NCBI RefSeq assembly: GCF_018350175.1
Contig: NC_058369.1
Coordinates: forward strand, 21,516,001-21,580,000
Source: Felis catus
Taxonomy: Eukaryota
Direction of reading: 5' to 3'
DNA length: 64,000 nucleotides
Below the pieces are notes generated by a model that ran no database searches, was not told the origin of the DNA, and saw only the letters and a list, made by a program, of their open reading frames with translations. A program made the position numbers and the translations under genes. This document shows positions 12,969 through 24,309 of the stretch, in pieces (within the stretch, counting starts at the first letter, position 1; every line of letters begins with the position of its first letter).

Positions 12969-15726
12969 AAAGGCATGGGTGAGCAATTCTGGAACTACTG
13001 CATGTGTATACTAAGATTAAAGTATGTACATATATTGTGAGAAATGAGAGTCAGGTTTCTCACTGTGGGAGAAAGAAGTACAAACAAGGAAAGGGGAGAA
13101 TAGAATGAAACTCGTGTTGGACTGGAATCAGCAGTATCAGAACGAGGTCACAATGACAGAAAATAGTACAGATGTGTATGTATGTGTGTGCAAATACATC
13201 TCCTACCTCTGTGAACTGACAGGGACTGGAAGTAATGATACTCATTAGCAATAAGCAAATTCAGCGTACAAATCTTGATTTATAAATGCCATCCTCCAAT
13301 GAAAAGAACAAGGGCTCCATGGAGAAATAAGTGATACCAATTTGGGGGTACAGAAAATATAGGAAGAGCCTAGAATATCTTGTGATACCAGAAAGTAAAG
13401 AAATTCTTCAAAAATGATGAGGGCATTTGTAAAGGACATGGGAGCCAACCAGAAGGATCCCCCAATGGTCACATTAGGAATAATTTGAGCAATAAAGTAA
13501 ATAATCAGACTAATGGATTATAACCCATAGATTTAAATAATATCCACGAGTCCATAGTGTAAAAAATAATTAACAGAGAAGACGGGATAGATCCTTAGAA
13601 TAGAAGACCAATTAATATAGAAAAAAATGATAGAAATAGAAAATCACCATTAGAAAAAACACAGAAATAAACACTGCAGGCAAGAATCATGCATCAGTGC
13701 AAAAATGACTATGATATTCACAGAATCTCAAAGGTTCTCCTAGAAGATTCTTACCAATTATAAAGGGGAAAACAGTAACATCACAGTGAAGAACTACGGC
13801 AGACACCACCTTAACTAACTGATCAAAGTTAACATTATATGCTCTTCAAAATGTCTAGGCCATGAGAGACAAAGAAGGAACGAGGAACTCTTAAGCACTG
13901 GAGGAGACTATGAAGACCTGACAAATAAATGCAACCCAGCAATCACAAACACTGGGCAGTTGAGGGGAGTCCTGGAAAGACAGCCAGGGAGGGAAAGTCC
14001 TACGTCCTGTACAAAACCCCCTGCCCTTCCCATCAACTGCCCTGTTGTACTCCTCACTGTATTAGAATTATGCAGTATGAATGTTGTCCTGTGTGTGCTT
14101 TTCTCCAGCCCAACACTGCTTATAGATTCGCTCATGTTACATTTAACAGTCTATTTCTTTTCACCCCTGTATAGTATTCCATTATACAAATATGCCACAA
14201 TGTATCCATTCTAATGCTACAAACAGTAGGCACTGTGAGAAGTTTGCAGCTTTGTAAGACTATAAACAGAATATCTTTGTGTCTCTGGGGCAAACATACA
14301 TGGAATGCTATAACAGATATGGTCAAACCATTTCCAAAGTGGCTGCACCAGTTTACTTTCCCAGTAGTATAAAAAAATCCTTTTGCTGCAACACTCTAGG
14401 CAAAGTTTGTGTATTTTCAGTCCTTTTCATTTTAACCATTTTGGAAGGTGTGTTATGTATCTCATTGTGATTTTATTTTATTTTTTAATGTTTGTTTATT
14501 CATTTTGAGAGAGAGAGTGAGAGAGCAGGGAGAGAGGAGAGAGAATCCTAAGCAGGCTCCTTGCTGTCAGCGCAGGGCCCAACCCAGGGCTCAATCTCAC
14601 CAATTGTGAGACCAGGATCTGAGCCAAAATCCAGAGTGGGACCGATGGAGCTACCTGTGCACCCCTCTCACTGTGATTTTAATTTGGACTTTTTCGTTAT
14701 TAATGAAGATGGAAACCTTTATATTTTTTAGCCATTTACTTTTCTTCTTTGGGGAAATGGCTAAGAGTCTTGCCTATTTTTGGTCAAGTCTGCATTTTGG
14801 ATATCAGTTCTTTGTCAGTTACTTGTGTTGCAAACATTACCTCAATTTCTTTATGGTTCTGATTGATGAACAGACGTTCTTAATTTTAATGTACTCTGGT
14901 TTATCAATGTTTTTTCTTTAAAAAGTTAGCGTTTTCTGTATTTTTAAACAAAATTTCCCTATCCTTAGAAGTCATAAAGATGTATTTTCCATAAGCCTTT
15001 CATATTTAGAACTAATATCCACTTTGAATTATTCTCCATGTATGGTATTAGGTAGGAGTCAGGTTTTATTTGTTTGAAGATGCATACACAACTGACCTTT
15101 CCTCACCACTGGAAACTGCCACCTTTGTTATAAGTCAAGTGTCCCCACAAAAGTGGATCTGCTTCTGATTTTTTGTTTTTCCTTCGAGTCGTGCTGCAGC
15201 GCTATAATTCAGTTCACTACCTAGTACAGCAAGTCTTCTTGTTTTGTCTTATTCCTTAGCTGCATCTGGTTATCCTGGCTCCTTCGCATTTCCACATGAA
15301 CTTTAGAATCAGACCGTCAATTCCTATCTGAATTTTCTTTTGGTATTTGACATGGGTTGCAGTAAATCTATAGATCTACTATAGATTTATTTATTACTGG
15401 GAGAACTGTCATCTTTACAATAGTGAGTCTTCCATTACACAAACAAGGCATATTCCTTTATTTTAACTTACATCAATAATGGTTTGAAGTTACTTTGCAA
15501 ATTTTTGTTACATTTATTAGTCATTTGATGTGTTTATGGTATTGCAAATTACATCTTTCAGTCCCACTTTTCTTTGTTGCTAGTATACAGAAATATAACA
15601 ATTTTTCATGCTACCCTGTATCTAATAATCTTATTAAAGTTACTCATTAATCCTATATCTGTAAAGTATTTTATTCATCTGTATATAATGACATTTTTCC
15701 TTTCTTCCTAATCCTTATACATTTTA

Positions 15727-15955
15727 TTTTTTTTTTTTTAATTTTTTTTTTTCAACGTTTATTTATTTTTGGGACAGAGAGAGACAGAGCATGAACGGGG
15801 GAGGGGCAGAGAGAGAGGGAGACAGAGAATCGGAAACAGGCTCCAGGCTCTGAGCCGTCAGCCCAGAGCCTGACGCGGGGCTCGAACTCCCGGACCGCGA
15901 GATCGTGACCTGGCTGAAGTCGGACGCTTAACCGACTGCGCCACCCAGGCGCCCC
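15727..15955 (-). mobile_element. Young felid SINE, 18-bp TSD
   Basis: TSD taatccttatacatttta at 15709-15726 and 15957-15974. Near-identical to the 6061 copy in reverse. Confidence 0.96.
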
Positions 15956-17596
15956 ATAATCCTTATACATTTTAGTTGTTTTGCTTACCTTACTGTATTA
16001 GCCAGAACCTCCAATACACTAGCAAACAGAAGTCATGTTAGCCAACATTTTTATCTTGTTGCATATGTAAAACAAAGTATGCATCATATTACCATTAACA
16101 AAGTTTGCTGTGGATTTTTTATAGATATCCTTTAGCAAATTAAAGATTTCTTTAATTTTCTCATCTACAGTTTGCTAAGAGTTTTTGTCATGACTGGGTA
16201 TGGAATTTTACCAATTATTTTTCTCTTTATATTGAGGTGATAATGTATTTTTTCTCCTTTATTCTGCTACTATGGTGAATTATGCTCTTCAAAGGTATCT
16301 TCCTCACTTTCTCTCCTTTCTCCTGAGATTCCAATTGCACATGCATTAGACTTTTTTTATACTGTCCATAGCTCTTGGATGTTCTGGTCTGTTTTTTTCC
16401 CCACTCTTTTCCTCTTTGCATTTCAGTTTGGGAAATTTATATTCACTTATCTTCAAGTATACTCTTTCCTCATCTGTTTGAGGATGACCAATGAGCTTGT
16501 CAAAGGCATTTGACATCTCTTATTACCATGTTTTTCATTTCTATAATTTCCACTTCACTGTGTCTAATAGTGTCGATTGCTAAGTGTGTTGTTTTTTTTT
16601 TTTTACAGTTTATTTACTTATTTTCAGAGAGAGAGAGAGTGCATGACTAGCAGAGGGGTAGAGAGAGAGGGAGAGAGAGAATCCCAAGCAGGCTCTGTGC
16701 TCTCAGTACAGAGTATGATGCAGGGCTCGGTCCCATGAACCATGAGATCCTGACCTGAGCTGAAATCAAGAGTCAGATGCTTAACTAACTGAGACACCCA
16801 GGCGCCCCTGATTTCCTTTTGTGTTCACACATGTTGCCCACCTGTTCTGCTACAGCCTTTAAGCTATTACTCATAGGTATTTAAAATTCTCTGATAGTTC
16901 CAGTATCTGGGCCTTATAAGTCTGGTTCTGTGGAATGCTTTGTCTGTTGACAGTTTGCTGTTTTTCTCTTGGTTCTTCGTGTGTCCCATAATTTTTCACT
17001 GAAAGCCAGACATCCTGTACAGAATAACTGAGGTTGAGCAGACAGTATTTATGCCTGGACATGGGGGTGTTTCTTTTTAGGCCTTAAATTTGAGGGAGAA
17101 GGTTAAATCAATACAGTGAGGAGTGCAATTGGGTTTGGGTTTTGTTGTTTGGTTTTCACAGTACACCAGAGGCTCCAAACTACATTAGCATTTTCTACTG
17201 AGGGTATAGGCTCATTTGCCAGAGGGCCTTCTCCCCTCAATACTTGCTGCTCCACCCTGAGATTTAGGCCCTCTCTTTGTGACTACATCTCAAAGACCAT
17301 CTATCTCCACACTCTTGCCCTCTCCTACAAACAGACCTCTGTTGCCCAACATTTTCTAACTTGGTCATTGAAGACAAGCAGGAAGGGACACTCTCTGAGA
17401 TTCAGCCTCAGTCTCAGGTTCTGTGTCCTGGGTGTTGGGAGTGCAAACTTCTCAGTGATCTTACTCCTCTCCCAACTGTAGGGGACCTTTAATGCTCTAG
17501 CATGTATTCCTACCCCTCTCCAGGACAGAGGGCTTTTATTTCTTCTGTTCTTTCCCCAGGCTGCAAAGAATCTTCACCTGTACCCGGTGGGGAGGT

Positions 17597-17626
<30 letters not shown>
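17597..17626 (+). repeat. G30 homopolymer
   Basis: 30 consecutive G, preceded by ggtggggaggt. Confidence 0.85.
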
Positions 17627-17627
<1 letters not shown>

Positions 17628-18123
17628 AGCAGTTAAAAGGTTTGCATTCCTTCCCCTAGAAGCTTAAAGCTTTTGTTCCAGAAGATTCAGGTAAAGCTTA
17701 GTGTCTTTCCCATAGTTTGTGCTGTTTCCTTCACCAGATATGAGGAAAACTGTTTTACTATCTTAGAATTGTCATCCTTGCAAATGTGGTTTACTTCTAA
17801 TTTCTTCTTCAGCCCCACCTTCCCCACCTCCTTCATTCCAAATTGGGTACTATAAAACTTGCCAGTGGCTCACAAGTCCTGGAAATCTGAGTTCCAGCAG
17901 CTTTGGCTGTGATCAGCTAGCCACAGGCACTCCTTCTCGGCACCTTCCTATACCTGTGCTTGGTTTTTACCACACGTGGCAGTCTTTCACCATATACTGA
18001 TTCAAGCTTACAAATATTTTCTACATTTGATGATCAGAGAGTATACATCTATTTTTCATGCTCCTTGTTGCTTTGACATTCAAAGAGGAGAGGTGGAACC
18101 TGTTTCTTTAAAATGACATTTTT

Positions 18124-18790
18124 GGGGCGCCTGGGTGGCGCAGTCGGTTAAGCGTCCGACTTCAGCCAGGTCACGATCTCGCGGTCCGTGAGTTCGAGCC
18201 CCGCATCAGGCTCTGGGCTGATGGCTCAGAGCCTGGAGCCTGTTTCCGATTCTGTGTCTCCCTCTCTCTCTGCCCCTCCCCCGTTCATGCTCTGTCTCTC
18301 TCTGTCCCAAAAATAAATAAACGTTGAAAAAAAAAATTAAAAAAATAAAATAAAATAAAATGATATTTTTGGGGGTGCTTGGGTGGCTCAGTTGGTTAAG
18401 TGTCTAACTTTGGCTCAGGTCATAACATTCGAGCCCCGTGTCGGGCTCTGTGCTGACAGCTCGGAGCCTGGAGCCTGCTCCGGATTCTGTGTCTCCCTCC
18501 CACTCTGCCTCTCCCCTGCTCGCACTCTGTCTCTCTTTCTCAAAAAATAAACATGAATGAATGAATGAATGAATGAATGAATGACTTTTTTAGGGCCACC
18601 TGGGTGCCTCAGTCCATTAAGCATGTGACTTTGGCTCAGGTCATGATCTCACGGTCGAGCCCTGCATCAGGTTCTGCACTGATGGTACAGAGCCTGCTTG
18701 GGATTCTCTGTCTCTCCCTCTGTCTCTCTGCCCCTTCCCCATTTGGTCTCTTTCTCTCAAAATAAATGAACAAACTTTTTTTAAAATGTT
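18124..18790 (+). mobile_element. Three head-to-tail Can-SINEs (starts about 18124, 18371, 18593)
   Basis: Three SINE heads and tails separated by copies of aaatgacattttt. (GAAT)n forms the second tail. Confidence 0.93.
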
Positions 18791-19325
18791 AAAATGACAT
18801 TTTTTAGATCCAGAATTTTGCTCAGGAAATTTATCCCCCATTTTCATTTTAGTATAAATAAATAATAAGTATGTATAAATACCTATCAGATTAGTAATAA
18901 CATTAAAAACAATAACTCAAAGGTATTACATGATCATGAATAAACTTCCCTTGTTAAAAAAAAATACCAAAAGCAATTATAAAAGATTAGTCAATGTAAT
19001 ATAAAATTAAATCCTTACTTAAAATATGTAGTTCTCACTACTTCAATTTAAGAAAGGCATAAGTGAACTAAAAATAGGGCAACTATTATGACTGAGTTTT
19101 TACACAAACTGAAAATAGCAAGACTCTTTGGCATATACAACACCTACAATACAGTTTAACCTCACAAAATCAGACAATTCTCAGTGAGCATTTGTGTCTT
19201 CCTAAATCCTAGAACAAAGGAACTATGCCCTGCTGAACACTGCTATGGACTAAACTGTGTGTCCCCCAAAATTCATATGTTCAAATCCTAACTCCCAATG
19301 TGACTGTATTTTAAGACAGCACCCT

Positions 19326-21604
19326 GTTGAGGATTTTTGCAACCATGTTCATCAGGGAAATTGGTCTTAGTTCTCCTTTTTAGTGGGGTCTCCGTCTGGT
19401 TTTGGAATCAAGGTAATGTTGGCTTCACAGAAAGAGTTTGGAAGTTTTCCTTCCATTTCTATTTTTTGGAACAGCTTCAAGAGAATAGGTGTTAACTCCT
19501 CCTTAAATGTTTGGTAGAATTCCCCTGGAAAGCCATCTGGCCCTGGACTCTTGTTTTTTGGCAGATTTTTGATTACTAATTCGATTTCCTTACTAGTTAT
19601 GGTCAATTTCCTTACTGTTCAAATTTTCTATTTCTTCCTGTTTCAGTTTTGGTAGTGTATATGTTTCTAGGAATTTGTTCATTTCTTCCAGATTGCCCAC
19701 TTTATTGGCATATAATTGCTCATAATATTCTCTTATTACTGTTTTTATTTCTGCTGTGTTGATTGTGATCTCTCCTCTTTCATTCTTGATTTTATTTACT
19801 TGGGTCCTTTCCTTTTTCTTTTTGATCAAACTGGCTAGTGGTTCACCAATTCTGTTAATTCTTTCAAAGAACTAGCTTTTGGTTTCATTAATCTGTTCTA
19901 CTGTTTTTTTGATTTCGATAGCATTAATTTCTGCTCTAATCCTTATTATTTCCTGTCTTCTGCTGGTTTTGGGTTTTATTTGCTGTTCTTTTTCCAGCTC
20001 CTTAAGGCGTAAGGTTAGGTTGTGTATCTGAGATCTTTCTTCCTTCTTTAGGAAGGCCTGGATTGCTATGTACTTTCCTCTTATGACTGCCTTTGCTGCA
20101 TCCCAGAGGTTTTGGGTTGTGGTGTTATCATTTTCACTGATCTTGAAAAAGACAACCAAAGCAGGAGGCATCACAATCCCCGACTTCAAGCTATACTACA
20201 AAGCTGTAATCATCAAGACAGTATGGTACTGGCACAAAAAAAAAAAAAACAGAAATGGAACCCACAAAGGTATGGCCAACTAATCTTTGACAAAGCAGGA
20301 AAGAATATCCAATGGAATAAAGACAGTCTGTTCAGCAAGTGGTGCTGGGAAAACTGGACAGGAACATGACGAAAAATGAACCTGGACCACTTTCTTACAC
20401 CATACACAAAAATAAACTCAAAATGGATGAAAGACCTCAATGTAAGACAGGAAGCCATCAAAATCCTCGAGGAAAAAGCAGGCAAAAACCTCTTTGATCT
20501 TGGCTGCAGCAACCTCTTACTCAACACGTCTCCAGAGGCAAGGGAAACAAAAGCAAAAATGACCTACTGGGACCTCATAAAAATAAAAAGCTTCTGCACA
20601 GCGAAGGAAACAATCAGCAAAACTAAAAGGCAACCAACAGAATGGGAGAAGACATTTGCAAATGACATATCAGATAAAGGGTTAGTATCCAAAATCTATA
20701 AAGAACTTATCAAACTCAACACCCCCAAAAAAATAATCCAGCGAAGAAATGGGCAAAAGACATGAACAGACACTTCTCCAAAGAAGACTTCCAGATGGCC
20801 AAACGGACACATGAAAAAATGCTCCACATCACTCATCATCAGGGAAATACAAATCAAAACCTTACACCTGTCAGAATGGCTAACATTAACAACTCAGGCA
20901 ACAACAGATGTTGGCGAGGATGTGGAGAAAGAGGATCTCTTTTGCATTGTTGGTGGCAATGCAAGCTGGTACAGCCACTCTGGAAAACAGTATGGAAGTT
21001 CCTCAAAAAACTAAAAATAGAACTACCCTATGACCACTACTAGGTATTTACCCACAGGATACAGGTGTGCTATTTCGAAGGGACACATACACCCCCATGT
21101 TTATAGCAGCACTATCAACAATAGCCAAAGTATAGAAAGAGCCCAAATGTTCATCGATGGATGAATGGATAAAGAAGAGGTGGTGTGTGTGTGTGTGTGT
21201 GTATACACACACAATGGAGTATTACTCGGCAATAAAAAAGAATGAAATCTTGCCATTTGCAACTATGTGAATGGAACTAGAGGGTATTATGCTGAGTGAA
21301 ATTAGTCAGAGAAAGACAAAAATCATATGACTTCACTCATCTGAGGACTTTAAGAGACAAAACAGATGAACATAAGGGAAGGGAAACAAAACTAATATAA
21401 AAACAGGGAGGGGGACAAAACATAAGAGACTCATAAATATGGAGAACAAACTGAGGGTTGCTGGAGGGGTTGTGGGAGGGGGGATGGGCTAAATGGGTAA
21501 GGGGGACTAAGAAGTCTACTCCTGAAATCATTGTTGCACTATATGCTAATTAATTTGGATGTAAATTTAAAAAATAAATAAATAAAACAAGAAAAAAAAA
21601 AAAA
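19326..21604 (+). mobile_element. 5'-truncated, 5'-inverted felid L1 (inverted ORF2 part 19326-~20137; sense ORF2 end, 3'UTR and polyA ~20138-21604), 13-bp TSD
   Basis: Minus ORFs [12 protein letters not shown] and [16 protein letters not shown] abut plus ORFs [15 protein letters not shown] and [18 protein letters not shown] aagacagcaccct at 19313-19325 and 21605-21617. Confidence 0.95.
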
Positions 21605-21629
21605 AAGACAGCACCCTTATGGAGGTAGT

Positions 21630-22166
21630 CTTTTCCTGCTTTCTCCTCTAGGGTTTTGATGGTTTCCTGTCTCACATTCAGGTCCTTTATCCATTTTGAG
21701 TTTATTTTTGTGAATGGTGTGAGAAAGTGGTCTAGTTTCAATCTTCTGCATGTTGCTGTCCAGTTCTCCCAGCACCATTTGTTAAAGAGACTGTCTTTTT
21801 TCCATTGGATGTTCTTTCCTGCTTTGTCAAAGATGAGTTGGCCATACGTTTGTGGGTCTAGTTCTGGGGTTTCTATTGTATTCCATTGGTCTATGTGTCT
21901 GTTTTTGTGCCAATACCATGCTGTCTTGATGATGACAGCTTTGTAGTAGAGGCTAAAGTCTGGGATTGTGATGCCTCCTGCTTTGGTCTTCTTTTTCAAA
22001 ATTACTTTGGCTATTTGGGGCCTTTTGTGGTTCCATATGAATTTTAGGTTTGCTTGTTCTAGTTTCGAGAAGAATGCTGGTGCAATTTTGATTGGGATTG
22101 CATTGAATGTGTAGATAGCTTTGGGTAGTATGGACATTTTGACAATACTTATTCTTCCAATCCATG
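21630..22166 (-). mobile_element. Internal L1 ORF2 fragment with no 3'UTR or polyA, flanked by a 20-bp direct repeat
   Basis: Uninterrupted ORF2 peptide [18 protein letters not shown]...TLEEKAGKD. agcacccttatggaggtagt at 21610-21629 and 22167-22186. Confidence 0.93.
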
Positions 22167-22888
22167 AGCACCCTTATGGAGGTAGTAAAGGGTAAATGAG
22201 GCCCTAAGAGTGGAGCCCTGATTCAAGGAGAGTCTGCTCTCTCACTCTCTGCCATGTGAGGACACAGTGACCAGGCTGTCAGCAAACCAGGAAGAGAGCC
22301 CTCACCAGAGCCTAACCCTGCCGGCAGCCTGATCTCAGACTTCTAGTCTCCAGAACTGTGAGACAATAAACTTCTGTTGTTCAAGCCACCCAGTGTATGG
22401 CAGCCTGAACAGACTAAGAGAAACGTGAAATCAACAGATCAATAATTCTGTGTTTTAAGAGGGAATGTAAGTGAAAAGGCTCAAAAACTAGGTCTGAATA
22501 TAAGTTATTAATAAAACTTGGACTGTTTTCTTCCATTCTAAAGGCATCATATAGGGCAAGTATGTGGTGAATGGATTAAGCATTAAATTGAGCTATTAAG
22601 ACATAAAACTATACTGCCCCAGCCACGAATATAACCCACTGATGATATTACTTACGTTTCTGCTCAACGTGAGAGAAAGCAATGACATTACTGAACTTAC
22701 TTTCAATGTGCAAACCAACAGTCATAACACACAGTGTAAGAAAATAAACCATTTTCTTCAATTTATGAGGGGTTTTATTGACAAAAAAAAAAAAAAAAAG
22801 GAATACTCATGACGAGTGAAAAAGACAAGTGTTGCATTGAGTGATAGAAAATAAACAAAACCAAAAAAAAGACTTTAAAGTATGTCCA

Positions 22889-23005
22889 GGGGCACCTGGC
22901 TGGTTTGGTCAGGAGAGCACTCTGATCAGTGTGACTCTTGATCTCAGAGTTGTCAGTTCGAGCCCCAAGTTGGATGTAGAGGTTACTTTAAAATAATAAA
23001 ATAAA
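22889..23005 (+). mobile_element. Short old Can-SINE (tRNA-like head plus A tail, no CT tract)
   Basis: B-box gttcgagccc. tatgtccag is repeated on both flanks. Confidence 0.8.
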
Positions 23006-23034
23006 ATATGTCCAGTTTTTAAAATGAGGGTGGC

Positions 23035-23269
23035 GGGGCGCCTGGATGGCGCAGTCGGTTAAGCGTCCGACTTCAGCCAGGTCACGATCTCGCGGTCTGT
23101 GAGTTCGAGCCCCGCGTCGGGCTCTGGGCTGATGGCTCAGAGCCTGGAGCCTGCTTCCGATTCTGTGTCTCCTTCTCTCTCTGCCCCTCCCCCATTCATG
23201 CTCTGTCTCTCTCTGTCCCAAAAATAAATAAACGTTGAAAAAAAAATTTTAAATAAAAAAAAAATAAAA
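23035..23269 (+). mobile_element. Young felid SINE, 15-bp TSD, about 150 nt downstream of the exon 3 donor
   Basis: TSD taaaatgagggtggc at 23020-23034 and 23270-23284. Confidence 0.96.
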
Positions 23270-23421
23270 TAAAATGAGGGTGGCAAGAGGAGGAAAAAAG
23301 GAAAAAGCACCCAAATCCTTTCAAGTGTCTCAACTTAAAATAACTCTAAACCCTCTAATGATGGTACCGTGAGTCAAAGGAATAAGGTGCAGTCAGTAAA
23401 ACAAATACAGGCAGTGCTTAC

Positions 23422-23516
23422 ATGTTTAAAAGATCCGTAGGGTACTGCAGCGGACCCTGTCTCTTCTAGGTAATCTTCCCAGCTTAACTCCACTTCTTCC
23501 ACACCAGATCCAGCAT
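23422..23516 (-). CDS. SFMBT1: SFMBT1 exon 3, 95 nt, (D)AGSGVEEVELSWEDYLEETGSAAVPYGSFKH, MBT1 N-terminal arm
   Basis: Acceptor ttttaattccag|ATGCTG, donor AAACAT|gtaagc. MBT arm motif WEDYL. Lies within ORF 23374..23589. Confidence 0.96.
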
Positions 23517-23649
23517 CTGGAATTAAAATCAGAACAAAAGAAAACTCAAGACTGTAAAAACATAAACTTAGTAACCCTAACTTACACAATTTACTTCACA
23601 TCAAATTAACCAATTTGATTTTACACACAAAATAATCAGACGTTCAGGT

Positions 23650-24306
23650 TTTTAAAAAAATTTTTTAATGTTTGTTTTTGAGAGACAGACACACAGTGCG
23701 AGCAGGGGAGGGGCAGAGAGAGAGGGAGACACAGAATCCCAAGCAGGTTCCAGACTCTGAGCTGTCAGCACAGAGTCCGACGCGGGGCTCAAACTCACGA
23801 ACCGTGAGATCATGACCTGAGCTGGAGTCTGACGCTCAACCGACTGAGCCACCCAAGCACCCCTCACATGTTCATTGTAAGTGGCAGGTTCCCTTTGTGT
23901 ACTGATGATCAATGAATCTCAACAACATGGAAGGGTGACATGCTGTCTCCTGCTGGGCTCCATCAGGGAGGGATCCACCCAGATGGGCCATATAAAAGCT
24001 GGTGAGAGTATAACTATTATAATCACTTTGGACTATAATTTGGTATCCAATGCCAACTACCTGAGATACTTAATAGGCATTTCTTTTTTTTTTTTTTTAA
24101 TTCTTTAAATGTTTATTTATATTTGAGAGAGAGAGAGACAGTGCACGAGCAGGGGAGGGGCAGAGAGAGGCCAAGACAGAATCTGAAGCAGGCTCCGGGC
24201 TCCAAGCTGTCAGCACACAGTCTGACGTGGGGCTTGGCCTCAGGAGCTGTGAGATCGTGACCTGAGCCGAAGTCGGACGCTCAACTGACTGAGCCACCCG
24301 GGTGCC
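23650..24306 (-). mobile_element. Two minus Can-SINEs (about 23650-23862 and 24085-24306)
   Basis: Reverse SINE bodies. The second is flanked by cttaataggcatttc on both sides. Confidence 0.9.
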
Positions 24307-24309
24307 TTA

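Larger units (their letters stand above)
14100..17800 (-). mobile_element. Fragmented old L1 sequence (ORF2/ORF1/5' remnants) with minus Can-SINEs at about 14480-14665 and 16592-16808
   Basis: T-rich plus strand with degenerate L1 motifs (ttccacatgaactttagaatcag; ctgagattccaattgcacatgc). Boundaries rough. Confidence 0.65.
19241..22421 (+). mobile_element. MLT1A-like MaLR solo LTR split by two L1 insertions (LTR parts 19241-19325 and about 22167-22421)
   Basis: Start tgctatggactaaactgtgtgtcccccaaaattcatatg, end aataaacttctgttgttcaagccacccagt...agactaagaga. The empty site reconstructs contiguously. Confidence 0.85.

Noticed and set aside
19367..22171. Longest ORFs in the track (up to 195 aa) as host genes or an active L1
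   Set aside because: They are truncated, rearranged L1 ORF2 pieces with no ORF1, promoter or intact RT.
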